DNA from: Polyangiales bacterium
GTDB lineage: Bacteria; Myxococcota_A; Polyangia; Polyangiales; Polyangiaceae
Length of the DNA: 64,000 nt
Reading direction: 5' to 3'
Assembly: GCA_038230375.1 (NCBI GenBank)
Contig: JBBRNJ010000039.1
Span: 1 to 64,000, forward strand
The position numbers were made by a program, and so were the translations under genes. Below the pieces are notes generated by a model. That model ran no database searches. It was not told the origin of the DNA and saw only the letters and a program-made list of their open reading frames with translations. This document shows positions 22,255 to 32,569 of this stretch, in pieces. How positions within the stretch are numbered: the stretch's first letter is position 1; the number at the start of each line of letters is the position of its first letter.

Positions 22255-25200
22255 GGTCGCTTCCGCAGCTCCACGAGCTTGTCCATGCGAGGGCTCTTCT
22301 TCTTCTTCGTGCGGATGTTCTCGTACGGGCCGCACACGGGCTTGTAGTCGCAGTACTCGCACTCGCGCGCGTCGGGCAACGCTGGCAAGAAGCCCGTGGT
22401 GATGGCCTCGGTCACGGCGTCACCCACGGCCTTTGCGCCTTCACGTGCGGTCTCGTCCAGGCGCACGGGCACCGAGTCGAAGCCGCCGGTGGAGCTTGCA
22501 TAATACAAGCGTCCTCCGGACACCTTCACGTCCGGGAAGAGCTTCTCGAGCGTGAGCGCATACAGCACGGGCTGCAGGACCTTGCCGCCGCCGATGACGG
22601 TGCCCTCCTTCGCGCGCTTCTTTCCGGTCTTGTAGTCGGTGGCCTGCAGCGTGCCGTCGCTGCTCTTCTCGACCAGGTCGATCGAGCCGCGGAGCTTCAC
22701 CCCGCACTCGAGCGCGACGGGCAGGGCGGACGAGTGCTGATCGCTCGCCTCGCGCTGCCCGCTGAGCCCGAACGAGAGCTCGAAGTAGGCAGGCTGGTAG
22801 CCCGTGGGCTCCTCCACCTCGCGGCGCAGCCATTCGCGCACGTCCGCGCGGATGGCGCCGACACCGTCCTCCCAGACGCGATCGATCGCGGGGTAGAGCT
22901 CGTCCTTGAACTTCTTCTCCACGCGCGCAAGCACGTGGTCCAGGCGCTCGCGCGCGGCGTCCAGCGTGGCCGGCGTCATGGGCAGGAGCCCGTGCTCGCG
23001 CAGCTCGGTCAGGAACTCGTAGAGGACCTCGTGCACGAACGAGCCTTTTTGCAGCGCATCCATCTCCTCGATGGCGCGCGGCTCCTCGCGCGGAGACAGC
23101 TTGTGCACGGCGTACAGATAGAAGCGGTACGGGCACGCGGCGAAGTTCTGCAGCGCGGTGGGGGAGAAGCTGCGCTTGTCGGGGGTGTGCATGGCCAGCG
23201 CCTCCTTCGCCTCGGGCGCGGGGTCCACCAGGCCGTCTGCGTCGGAGAAGCCGCGGAGCCAGCGCTTCGCCCGGAAACGCAGCGCGCGCGCCAGATACGG
23301 GTTCACCGAGAGCAGGTAGCGCGCGGTGCCAATGGCCTCCTCTTCTGGTTTGTAGAGCAGCGACGAGAGCAGCGCGAGATCGTGCTCGGACTCGTCAATG
23401 GCATCCTTCGGCGACTCCGGCGCCGGCCAGCCGATGCGCGCGCGAGCGGCGCTGTCTGCGCGACGTGAGAGCTCCTCGAACCCGGCGAGCGTCCCTGTCT
23501 GCGCGCGGACCAGCTCCAGCGCGTAGAACGACGGCGTCTTGGGGCGCCCCAGCTCCGTGTCCACGCGTGGGTAGCTGAACGTCGCGCGCTCCGTGGCAGA
23601 GCCAAGCGCGATGCGCAGCGCGAGCCGTTCCGCCGTGGCACGTCCCTCGTTCGTGAGCAGCGACCCGGCGGTGATCCCTCGCCGCATGCGATCGAGGAAC
23701 ATCGGGTCTTCGGCCAGCTTTCGCGGGAAGCCGCGCTCCACCAGACCGGGCACGAAGACGTGCTTCCACGTCATGCCGCGCGCTTCGTCGATGGGTGCAA
23801 TATACACGCGTCCGTACCGCGAGCTGCCGGGCATCACCGTCAGGTCGGTGAGCCGCGGCGTGAGCACCATGCGCAGCTCCGACATGGTCACGGGCGCGCC
23901 CTTTCCCATGGGGTAGAGCTCTGCCAGCACGGCCAGCACGCGCTCCGGCCGGCGCAGCGCACGCGTGGCAAGGTCCGACAGCGCCTTCGCGTACTCTGCC
24001 AGCGGGCGCGGGTTCTTCGCCAGCTCAGACAGCTCGCCCAGGAGCGGAAGCGCGAACGCACGCAGCACGTCCAGCGCACGCAGCTCGCGCGTGAGCAGCT
24101 GCACCCGCGCCTCCTCGGAGGCCTCCTCCTTCATCCGCGCGACGAGCTCGGCGCGGTAGCCCTTGAGGCGCGCCTCCCAGCGATCGAGTCCGCCGATGAC
24201 GGCCGCATCCACGAGCATGCGCTCCCACAGCTTGGGCGCGCGGATCGAGCCGGCGATCACGGGTGCGTCCTCGGCATCCCGCGCGTCACTCGTCTCCGGC
24301 TCTTCCTCGAGCTCCTCGGCCGCGGCGGCGATCGTGGTGGCCGCTTGCGGGCTCATGATCTCGTCGTCGGCGACCACGCGCGTCTCCTGGGATGGCCACG
24401 CGGGCGGGGGAGCGCCGCTCGGCTCTGCACGCGGGAGCTCGCCCAGCGACAGGTACTCGGAGAAGCGCGTCGCGGAGAGCCCTTCGTCGGCGCACGCAAG
24501 CAGCGCAAGCAGCGCGCGCCCCGAAGGATCGGGCTTCCGCGTCCCGCGCGCGAAATAGGCTGGCACCTTTGCGCGCAGGAATGCCTCCTCGAGCGCGAGC
24601 GAGTACTCGGTGGGTGAGCGCAACAGGACCGCGACCTCGTCGAAGGGAACGCCCTGCGCAGCAAGCGCCAGGACTCGACGCGCGATCTCCGCGCCCTCGC
24701 GGCTCTCACCCGGAGCGGAGAAGAACGCGATGCCGGCGTCCTCTGCGAGCCCCGCGTGTGCCTCGGAGAAAAGGTGCGTCTGCACGTTGGCTACGGGAGT
24801 ACCGATCGCCGCGACGAGCTCGCGCGGCGGAGACAGGTGGCCGAGGAGCTCGCGCGTGCGCGCATCGCCGCGGGGCATGGTGAAGAGCATGGCCGACGCC
24901 TCGCCCGTGAGCGCGCTCACCAGATCGGCCTCCAGCCGATGCATGCATGGTACATCCAAAAAGAGCAGCGCTGCCCCGCGCACACGCGCGGCGTTCTCGC
25001 ACGCTGCGGAGATGACCGCCGCCGGATCGCACAGGCCCGCGGCAGCGAGCTCCTTCTCGAACACGGATAGCAGGAGCGAGAGGCTCGGATCGCCCACCGA
25101 ATCCTTGTCCACGCGCTCGAGCCGGAGCTCCGTCAACGTGCGCGTGAGCGCGCGCGCAAGCCCCGGTTCTTCGCGGATGGGCGCGAACCGTCCAAGCACG

Positions 25201-25538
25201 TCCTTCTTCTGCGCGAGCCCGCGCGCCAGCACGGCCTCCATGGTGAGCGTGCCCGCGGGAACGGTGCCTGCGCGCGCAAGGTCGAGCCGCGCCAGGCTTC
25301 CGGCCAGCCCGCGCAGCGTGTGAGACTCGGCGCCCACCACGTGACCGCGCGCGCTTGCGACCTGTCTCACCAGCTCCTGCGCCGCGAGCTTGGTGCGTCC
25401 GACCACGATGACGCGCGTCGAGCGCTTCGCGTGCGCTTCAAGGAACGCCGCGGCGGCGGCCACCCGCTCGCTCGCGTGAGCGGACTCGATGACCACCGGC
25501 GCCTGCTTGTCGTTCCTCGCCGCCCCTTCCGATGTCAC
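22251..25538 (-). CDS. addB: AddB-like inactive helicase/PD-(D/E)XK nuclease with Fe-S staple
   Basis: SPTAL..ACPYRF, RGSIDLVE, DYKTG, LQPVLY, CEYCDYKPVC; GTG start 11 nt after the P450 stop. Confidence 0.85.
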   Translation of the reverse strand: MTSEGAARNDKQAPVVIESAHASERVAAAAAFLEAHAKRSTRVIVVGRTKLAAQELVRQVASARGHVVGAESHTLRGLAGSLARLDLARAGTVPAGTLTMEAVLARGLAQKKDVLGRFAPIREEPGLARALTRTLTELRLERVDKDSVGDPSLSLLLSVFEKELAAAGLCDPAAVISAACENAARVRGAALLFLDVPCMHRLEADLVSALTGEASAMLFTMPRGDARTRELLGHLSPPRELVAAIGTPVANVQTHLFSEAHAGLAEDAGIAFFSAPGESREGAEIARRVLALAAQGVPFDEVAVLLRSPTEYSLALEEAFLRAKVPAYFARGTRKPDPSGRALLALLACADEGLSATRFSEYLSLGELPRAEPSGAPPPAWPSQETRVVADDEIMSPQAATTIAAAAEELEEEPETSDARDAEDAPVIAGSIRAPKLWERMLVDAAVIGGLDRWEARLKGYRAELVARMKEEASEEARVQLLTRELRALDVLRAFALPLLGELSELAKNPRPLAEYAKALSDLATRALRRPERVLAVLAELYPMGKGAPVTMSELRMVLTPRLTDLTVMPGSSRYGRVYIAPIDEARGMTWKHVFVPGLVERGFPRKLAEDPMFLDRMRRGITAGSLLTNEGRATAERLALRIALGSATERATFSYPRVDTELGRPKTPSFYALELVRAQTGTLAGFEELSRRADSAARARIGWPAPESPKDAIDESEHDLALLSSLLYKPEEEAIGTARYLLSVNPYLARALRFRAKRWLRGFSDADGLVDPAPEAKEALAMHTPDKRSFSPTALQNFAACPYRFYLYAVHKLSPREEPRAIEEMDALQKGSFVHEVLYEFLTELREHGLLPMTPATLDAARERLDHVLARVEKKFKDELYPAIDRVWEDGVGAIRADVREWLRREVEEPTGYQPAYFELSFGLSGQREASDQHSSALPVALECGVKLRGSIDLVEKSSDGTLQATDYKTGKKRAKEGTVIGGGKVLQPVLYALTLEKLFPDVKVSGGRLYYASSTGGFDSVPVRLDETAREGAKAVGDAVTEAITTGFLPALPDARECEYCDYKPVCGPYENIRTKKKKSPRMDKLVELRKRP

Positions 25539-25548
25539 CCGGAAGGAT

Positions 25549-27027
25549 CTAGTTGGCTTTTCGCTTCCGTACAACCACCGGCACGGAACGAGGCCGGAGC
25601 GTGGCGGCGGGATCGGCGGTGACCTCGCCGCGGAGCTCGAAATCGCACTGCGAGAAGATGCATGCCAGCACCAGCTGCGCCTCCAGGAGCGCGAAGTGGT
25701 TGCCGATACAGATGCGCGGGCCACCGCCGAATGCTGCGAACGACTGGCGTGGGCGCTTCGACTCCACCTCGGGCAGGAAGCGCTCCGGATCGAAGACGTC
25801 GGGCTTGGGCCACTCGCTTGCGCGGCGCTGCGTGGCGTACGGGCTTGCGAGCACGTGCGTCCATTTGGGGATGCGCACGCCGCCAACGACGGTGTCGCGC
25901 TGCGCGGTGCGCCCGTACAGGTAGACGGGCGGATGCGTACGGAGCGCCTCCTTGAAGGTGCGGAGCGCAAAGCCCAGCTTCGGGAGATCCGCGACAGAGG
26001 GCGCGGCGCCCACGGACAGCGCGCATTGCTGCATGCGCTGGTAGAGCGCGCGATCCTGGCACAGGTGCGCGATCGTCCACGCGAGACCAGAGGCGGTGGT
26101 CTCGTGACCGGCCACGAAGAGGGTGATGACCTCGTCCTTCACCTGCTGATCGCTCATGCGCTCTTCGTCCGCGTCGTGGGCGTTGAGCAGCTTGGAGAGC
26201 AGGTCCTCGCGCTTGCTACCACCGGCGCGGCGCTCGTCGATCATGCGCTGCACCCGCTTGTCGAGCAGCTCGATGCATCCCTTGAGCTCACGCCCGCCCG
26301 CACCCGGATAGAAGAGGGGCCTCTCCAGCATCGCGGCTGCGCGCTCGATCGCGCGCTTCGGAAGGCCGTGGGTGTGCTCCGCCAGGCGCAGCAATTGGTA
26401 GCGTGTGGCAATGTGCCCGATCGAGAACCAGGAGCCGCTCTGATCGCTCACCCACTTGAGCGCGATGGTGAGCGCGTGCCCGATCTCGTCGGACTCGTCG
26501 AGCGTGTCGGCATCGAACAGCGCGCTCCCCGCGATGCTCATCGCGATGTGCGTGCATTCGCGGGCGAGATCGATCTCCGCGCCGTCCTTCCACGTGGCGA
26601 CCACGCGGTTCGTGCAGGCCACCATGCTCTCCGCGTATTTGTCGATGATGGCCGGCGTGAACAGCGGAGCCATGAGCTTGCGCTGGCGCTTCCAGAGCTC
26701 ACCGCCGCTGGTGAACAGCCCCTGTCCAGCGAGCGGTCCGAGCGTGAACGTCATCATCGCGGACTTCTCGAAGTCGCTCGCGCGGGTGACGAGCAAATCC
26801 TCGAGCGCCGCGGGAGAGATCGCGAGCGCGGCGCGCCCGATGGGGACCTGCAGCGCGACGATGTCGTGCGGCGACCGAGCAGCGCGCTCACAGAATGCGA
26901 GCCGACCGGCGCGGATCTCCTGGTTGTGGGTCTGAAAGCCAGGCCCCACGCCAAGGCGCGGCATCTGCGCGTAGGGAAGCGCCTTCGTCTCGGGCGCGTC
27001 GTTCTTTGTCGCAGCTTCTTGACGCAT
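25549..27027 (-). CDS. Cytochrome P450
   Basis: AGHETT, EALR, PERF, FGGGPRICIG heme-binding motif. Confidence 0.95.
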   Translation of the reverse strand: MRQEAATKNDAPETKALPYAQMPRLGVGPGFQTHNQEIRAGRLAFCERAARSPHDIVALQVPIGRAALAISPAALEDLLVTRASDFEKSAMMTFTLGPLAGQGLFTSGGELWKRQRKLMAPLFTPAIIDKYAESMVACTNRVVATWKDGAEIDLARECTHIAMSIAGSALFDADTLDESDEIGHALTIALKWVSDQSGSWFSIGHIATRYQLLRLAEHTHGLPKRAIERAAAMLERPLFYPGAGGRELKGCIELLDKRVQRMIDERRAGGSKREDLLSKLLNAHDADEERMSDQQVKDEVITLFVAGHETTASGLAWTIAHLCQDRALYQRMQQCALSVGAAPSVADLPKLGFALRTFKEALRTHPPVYLYGRTAQRDTVVGGVRIPKWTHVLASPYATQRRASEWPKPDVFDPERFLPEVESKRPRQSFAAFGGGPRICIGNHFALLEAQLVLACIFSQCDFELRGEVTADPAATLRPRSVPVVVRKRKAN

Positions 27028-27103
27028 GAGCAGCAGGCTAGGGGCTGTCGTGGGTTTAGAACAGCCCGCCGTCCGGTGAATCGCTAGACTCTGCCAGGTA
27101 GGC

Positions 27104-28129
27104 ATGAAGAAGCTTCTTCTCGTAGGCAATCCAACTGCGCAGTCCGGCAAGAACGTGGAGCGCATCACCGCGGCGCGCGCACGCTTTTCGGAGCGCGGCA
27201 ACCCCGTGGACTTCTTCTCCACGCTCCCCGGCGGCGCGACCGTTCCGGCCCTTGTGAAGGCGCTGGACGCGGGCAGCCACGACGTCGTGATTGCGATGGG
27301 CGGCGACGGCACGTTCCGCGAGGTCGGCGCGGCCATCCTTGGGTCCGCGCGCAAGGAGTCGCTCGCGCTCGGCATGCTGCCCACGGGCACCGCCAACGAT
27401 CAGGGGCGCAGCTTCGGTCTCTCCGCTCGTCCGGAGGATCTGCACAGCAACGTGGACGTCGTGCTCGCCAGCCACGAGACACGCATCGACGCCGGTCAGC
27501 TCACGGTCTGGGATGGTCCCGGCGCGCCCGTTGCAGACGTCACGTTCTTCGACTCCGCGGGCTTCGGCATCAGCGCGCGCGTGCTCAAGCAGCGCAACGA
27601 AGATCGCAAGCTCGTGGACGAACTCGGGCCCATCAAGGAGCTCTATCGCGACCAGCTCGTGTACGCGGGCGCTCTGCTCCGCACGTTCGCGGAGAGCTAC
27701 ATCCTGTCCGACAAGTTCGACGCGATAGGCACGGTGGACGGCCAGCCGGTGGAGCTGCGAGGCCTCATCGATCTGGTCTTCAAGAACACGCGCATCTACG
27801 GCGGCGCGTGGATCTTCGACCCCACGAGCCGCCACGACGACGGCCTCTTCGAGCTCGTCCCGTTCGTAGGCAAGCGTGACTGGGCCAGCAAGGCGATCGT
27901 GGATCTGGCTGGAAATCCCCTCACCGAAGAGGTGTTGAACCAGATCGGCGTCGAGCACTCGAAGAACCTCCGCGGACAGCACATGGATCTCTCACTCGTG
28001 CCGCCGTCGGATGTTCCGCTCCACGGCCAGGCAGACGGAGAAGAGCTCCAGGCAGGCACCCGCGTGGTCGTGCACGTGACCAAACGCGCGGTGCGGCTCA
28101 TCGTGCCGAACGTGACGTCATCTACGTAA
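27104..28129 (+). CDS. Diacylglycerol/lipid kinase family protein (YegS/DAGK-like)
   Basis: NPTAQSG, GGDGT, PTGTAND, NTRIYGG, DDGLFE, QADGE. Confidence 0.9.
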   Translation: MKKLLLVGNPTAQSGKNVERITAARARFSERGNPVDFFSTLPGGATVPALVKALDAGSHDVVIAMGGDGTFREVGAAILGSARKESLALGMLPTGTANDQGRSFGLSARPEDLHSNVDVVLASHETRIDAGQLTVWDGPGAPVADVTFFDSAGFGISARVLKQRNEDRKLVDELGPIKELYRDQLVYAGALLRTFAESYILSDKFDAIGTVDGQPVELRGLIDLVFKNTRIYGGAWIFDPTSRHDDGLFELVPFVGKRDWASKAIVDLAGNPLTEEVLNQIGVEHSKNLRGQHMDLSLVPPSDVPLHGQADGEELQAGTRVVVHVTKRAVRLIVPNVTSST

Positions 28130-28180
28130 CGGTTGCGGTGTTCCACCATCGCCACAGCGCGTTTCAGCGGCGAACGCGCA

Positions 28181-28196
28181 TGGCACGAACCCTGCT
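28181..28196 (+). promoter_or_regulatory. sigma54-type -24/-12 promoter
   Basis: TGGCACGAACCCTGCT, GG-N10-GC spacing, intergenic. Confidence 0.6.
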
Positions 28197-28210
28197 CTGG
28201 CCCTCGGCCC

Positions 28211-31200
28211 ATGAGAAGGTCACTCTCCGCGCTTTGCCTCGTCTTGCTCGCCTCCGGCACGTCACTCGCGATGGGCTGCGCCGCGGAACGCGATCCGATC
28301 AATCGTGTACAGGCGAACGCGCTCGACAAGCGGTTCTTCGTCGGGGAGAGCCTCTCCGACGCGTCCGATGATCCGGAGTTCCGTCATCGCTCCTACGTCG
28401 TGGATGGCTCCGCAAGCCAGTCGCTCATCGGCATTGGCGAGTGGGGTCACGTCGATCGCGTGCGCTGGGAGGTGACCAGTGATCTCCTCATTGCTCGCAA
28501 GGCCTACGAGCTCGCGCCCGCGCAGGACAACAAGGGCGCCAACGGCCAGAATCCGCTGGATCCGGCCGCGCCCGCGGCGGCCGACAAGTTCCTGCAGAAG
28601 ACGCCCAACGGCACGATCGTGGCTGCCTACAAGATCGAGAGCCACTTCGACATCCGCCGCTCCTACAACGCGCAGACCGGCGAAGAGAACAACATCATCG
28701 AGGAGAACACGCAGGACCGCCCCTGGAACGAGCGGCAGTTCATGCGCGTGGACTGGTCGCAGAACGTCGTCAACGACCCGATGGCGATCAACTTCATCGG
28801 CAGCGCGTTCGGCAAGACCACCGTCACGCCGATCTCGTACTACGTGGCGGACGCGAACAGCCCGGATGCGCCACAGCTGGACGAGAAGGAGGGGTACCTC
28901 GACATCACCAACAAGTTCACCGTCGCGCCCGAGACCACCGACCTTGGCGGCTTCTCGCTCCCGACCTGCGCGCTCGTCGGCATCTACACGGGCAGCGCCA
29001 CGTACGACTGCAATGCGCAGGAAGCCACCGTGCGCAACTCGTGGGCGAAGATCAAGCCGGACGAGGACTTCGAGCCGCTCGAGAACACGTTCGCCTCGCA
29101 GGACATCGTCGGCAATCCGGGCGGGCAGGGAAGCAGCCTGAACGTGGGCGTGATCAATGCGCCGCGGCAGGGGTGGGATCCGCAGTACGGGTTCACCGAT
29201 CAGCTCCTGCACCGCTACGCGAACATCCACAACACGTGGAAGAAGAGCCACGTGGACGTGGCCTGCACGGCCAATACCGACGCGGATGAAAACGGAACCG
29301 CGGACCAGTGCGACGGCGCCGCCGGCGTGACCATGGGCGGATCGCAGTGCGACGTCGCCATGAACAAGTGCACGCTGCCGCTGCGTCAGCGCGAGATCAA
29401 GACGTTCGGGTACTGGGTCAACAAGGAAGCCCCCGACGGCCTGCTGGACCCCGTCGGCGACGACGGCAAGCCCACCGGGCGAGGCACGCTGGAAGATCTG
29501 ATCTACTCATGGAACCAGCTCATCTCCGTGGCCGTCGCTACCTCGCGTGAGGTGGAGTGCCGCCGAACGAAGGAAGGCACGCGCGACAGCTGCCATGCGC
29601 AGTACTTCTCCTCCAAGCGCTCGGACCCGGGCTCCATGGAGATGCTCTCCTACGGCGGGTGGCTCGTGGAGAAGGCCAGTGACCCCACGCCGCTCGTCAC
29701 GTTCTGCCACAACCCGGTCCGCAGCTACGACATCGAGGACACCTGCGGCAAGAAGGACAGCGTTGCCCGCGTCGGCGATGTGCGAAAGAACTTCATCTAC
29801 TACTGGCCATACGAGTCGCGCGCGCCCTGGGGCGGCATTGCCGACTGGAATGGCGACCCGCTGACCGGCGAAATCTGGGGTGGCGCTGCGCAGATCATGG
29901 GCCGCTCCGCCACGTATGCCGCTGCCCTCCAGCGCGACGTGCTGCAGCTCGCCATGGGCGACGTGAAGATCGACGATCTGGTGAAGGGCGTACAAGCGCA
30001 GGCCTACGTGAAGACGCTGCAGAACGGCTTCACGCCAGTCACGTTCAGCGAATCACAGCTCACCGATCGCGTGGGCGCGCTGGACCTTGCGAACCTCCGC
30101 GCGCAGGGACCGCTCATTCCCGCGGGTCTGTCGCCCGAAGACCGGCTGAAGACGCTGCTGCTGGACAAGCAGTCGCTCGTTGCGGACGGCCTGAAGGTGC
30201 AAGGCGCGCAGGGCGAGTTCGACGCCCTCGCGAAGAAGATCCAGGCCACGCCGTACGAGTCGCAACTCGTGGATGGCAGCTGGGCGAATGGCGTGCTCGG
30301 CACCTCGCCCAAGTTGCAGGGCACGTCGGACACGCTCCTCGCTGCGGCCTCGCCGCTTCGCAATGCGGATCCGGGGCGGATGGAGCTGTACAGCCAGCTG
30401 GTGACGGAGTCGCTCCATGCGCGCGGCGCGTGCTTCCTGGAGAACGAGGCGCCCGCGACGTACAGCGTGCACCTGGCGTCCCTCAAGGGGTACTTCCTGA
30501 AGAAGTATGGTGGCCTCTCCAAGGAGGAGCGCGGCAAGGCGATCTATGCGGACCTCTGGAAGGAGGCCGTGAAGGGCATTGGCCTTCATGAGATCGGTCA
30601 CTCGCTTGGCCTGTTTCACAACTTCGCCAGCTCGTGGGACTCTGCCAACTACACCCCGCAGTACTGGCAACTTCGCACTGCGAATGGCAAGGCCACGCAG
30701 AAGTGCGGCGCAGCGCGCGCCGACGGCAGCCCCGACACGTGCATGGGCCCGCGCTACCTGGATCCGGAGTCCGCAGACGAGCAGGGCAACGGCGGCGAGA
30801 GCCGCCCGGGAATCGAGTACTACGCGAACACCAGCACGATGGAATACCAGATCGAGCGCTTTGGTGAGACCGTGGGCCTTGGCACCTACGACCAGCACGC
30901 CATGAAGGCGCTCTACGGCCGCGTGCTCGAGACCTTCGACCCCAGGTCCGTTCCGGCGACCTCGCAGAAGCAGTTCAAGTACCTGGGCTTCTCCCAGCTG
31001 ATCGAGCGTCCGATCGTGGGCGTGGGATTCGTGCACTATACAACTGCTGCAAACCAGATGAAGGTGTTCGACGCGAAGCGCGACTGTCGCGCGGCGACCC
31101 CCGAGGAGAAAGCCACCGCGAACTGGCGTGTGATCAATGGCCAGGTCTGCGCGCCGCCGCCCAAGGATCACTGGCGCTGGTCGGACTTCAAGAGCGACGA

Positions 31201-32566
31201 GGTGCAGACCGGCCTCAACTCTCCCTACTGGCATGTCGTGGACGCAGACAAGACGGAGCGGGTGCGCTGGCACTACCGGTTCGGCCAGTCGAGCGCGTAC
31301 ATGCACACGGGCCCCAGCGACTCGGGCGCGGACGTCTACGAGGCCACGCGCAACACCATTCGCCGCTTCGACATGAGCTATCCCTGGGCGTATTTCCGTC
31401 GCACCAGCCGCGAGTTCATGTGGGACGCGATCCCGGGCGCGGTCTCGAACAACTACTTCCGCAAGCTGCGCGCGACGCACTGGCAGGTCGCGAACGACCT
31501 CATGTCCAGCACCACCGCAGACGTCACCAGTGACGACGGACTGCGCCCCTACGCAGTCACCCAGACTGACCTGTTCGACTTCTTCTCCCGCGTCGTCACG
31601 ATGCCGGAGCCAGGCGACTACGCAGAGAGCACGGTCCGGACATCACCGGGCTCGGCGACGAAGATCTTCGACCTCGCACCGACCTCGAGCGCTCGCGGCG
31701 CAAGTCCGGCGTTCACGCTTGGCATCGTCGATGGCCGCTACGTGTCGGAGCAGTTCAACAACGATCTGGGCGGCTCGTGGGACTACCAGTCGTTCATGGA
31801 CCATGCCGGCTTCTCCGTGGAGAAGATCTACGCCATCCTCGCGCTGGTCGACGGTCGGCCCACGCTCTCCACGATCTCGCGCGACAACGCCCTGGACGGC
31901 CGCAACGTGCGCATCAACTTCCGCTCCGACCTTCCCCAGGCGACTGACCGCTTTCTCGGCGGCATCCTGGCGGAGGACTGGGCCAGCGTTGGCCCGCACG
32001 TCACAGGCGTTGGCATCCAGTCGCCGCAGGTGTTCTCGATGACGGGCCCGTCGCCGTCGCGGCCGCTCAGCGCGCAGGTCCTGTTCCCGAACGTCGGGTA
32101 CAAGACCCAGCTCGGCACGCTGATCTATTCACTGCTGTTCTCCCGCTTGAACACCGATCTCACGCTGGCGAACAAGACGCGCCTGTGGATCGACGGTCAG
32201 GTCGGTCAGGTCACACTGCCTCTTGCCCAGCAGGTCCGCTTCACCGATCCCGTGAGCGGCTACACCTACATCGCCGGCAAGTTCGGCAACGACACCATCA
32301 ACGGGCAGGTCGTCGACAGCGGCATCGCATCGCGCATGCTGGCTCACGCGAACGCGCTTCTCGCCGTCACCTACCAGACAACAGGGAAGGTGAACGAGTT
32401 CGGACAACCGGAGCTCACGGGCCCCATGCCCGCGTTCGTCGCTGACCCCGACGCGGCGGCCGCGAACGCGCAGACGCTACGCAAGTACGTCGGCGTGCTC
32501 GACGCTACGCGACAGGTAGGCAATGCCCTGGGCTACGGCCCGCTCGGCGGCTCCAATGGTGACTGA
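28211..32566 (+). CDS. Large lipoprotein, zinc-dependent metalloprotease (metzincin-like)
   Basis: Lipobox AMGC, HEIGHSLGLFHNF, Met-turn-like STMEY, many Cys pairs; about 1450 aa. Confidence 0.85.
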   Translation: MRRSLSALCLVLLASGTSLAMGCAAERDPINRVQANALDKRFFVGESLSDASDDPEFRHRSYVVDGSASQSLIGIGEWGHVDRVRWEVTSDLLIARKAYELAPAQDNKGANGQNPLDPAAPAAADKFLQKTPNGTIVAAYKIESHFDIRRSYNAQTGEENNIIEENTQDRPWNERQFMRVDWSQNVVNDPMAINFIGSAFGKTTVTPISYYVADANSPDAPQLDEKEGYLDITNKFTVAPETTDLGGFSLPTCALVGIYTGSATYDCNAQEATVRNSWAKIKPDEDFEPLENTFASQDIVGNPGGQGSSLNVGVINAPRQGWDPQYGFTDQLLHRYANIHNTWKKSHVDVACTANTDADENGTADQCDGAAGVTMGGSQCDVAMNKCTLPLRQREIKTFGYWVNKEAPDGLLDPVGDDGKPTGRGTLEDLIYSWNQLISVAVATSREVECRRTKEGTRDSCHAQYFSSKRSDPGSMEMLSYGGWLVEKASDPTPLVTFCHNPVRSYDIEDTCGKKDSVARVGDVRKNFIYYWPYESRAPWGGIADWNGDPLTGEIWGGAAQIMGRSATYAAALQRDVLQLAMGDVKIDDLVKGVQAQAYVKTLQNGFTPVTFSESQLTDRVGALDLANLRAQGPLIPAGLSPEDRLKTLLLDKQSLVADGLKVQGAQGEFDALAKKIQATPYESQLVDGSWANGVLGTSPKLQGTSDTLLAAASPLRNADPGRMELYSQLVTESLHARGACFLENEAPATYSVHLASLKGYFLKKYGGLSKEERGKAIYADLWKEAVKGIGLHEIGHSLGLFHNFASSWDSANYTPQYWQLRTANGKATQKCGAARADGSPDTCMGPRYLDPESADEQGNGGESRPGIEYYANTSTMEYQIERFGETVGLGTYDQHAMKALYGRVLETFDPRSVPATSQKQFKYLGFSQLIERPIVGVGFVHYTTAANQMKVFDAKRDCRAATPEEKATANWRVINGQVCAPPPKDHWRWSDFKSDEVQTGLNSPYWHVVDADKTERVRWHYRFGQSSAYMHTGPSDSGADVYEATRNTIRRFDMSYPWAYFRRTSREFMWDAIPGAVSNNYFRKLRATHWQVANDLMSSTTADVTSDDGLRPYAVTQTDLFDFFSRVVTMPEPGDYAESTVRTSPGSATKIFDLAPTSSARGASPAFTLGIVDGRYVSEQFNNDLGGSWDYQSFMDHAGFSVEKIYAILALVDGRPTLSTISRDNALDGRNVRINFRSDLPQATDRFLGGILAEDWASVGPHVTGVGIQSPQVFSMTGPSPSRPLSAQVLFPNVGYKTQLGTLIYSLLFSRLNTDLTLANKTRLWIDGQVGQVTLPLAQQVRFTDPVSGYTYIAGKFGNDTINGQVVDSGIASRMLAHANALLAVTYQTTGKVNEFGQPELTGPMPAFVADPDAAAANAQTLRKYVGVLDATRQVGNALGYGPLGGSNGD

Positions 32567-32569
32567 GAT

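Noticed and set aside
18796..25538. Cas4 or anti-phage helicase-nuclease system
   Set aside because: Size, order and motifs fit housekeeping AddAB; the Fe-S nuclease similarity to Cas4 is expected
25549..28129. Secondary-metabolite cluster around the P450
   Set aside because: No PKS, NRPS, terpene or RiPP genes or precursor peptide recognised nearby
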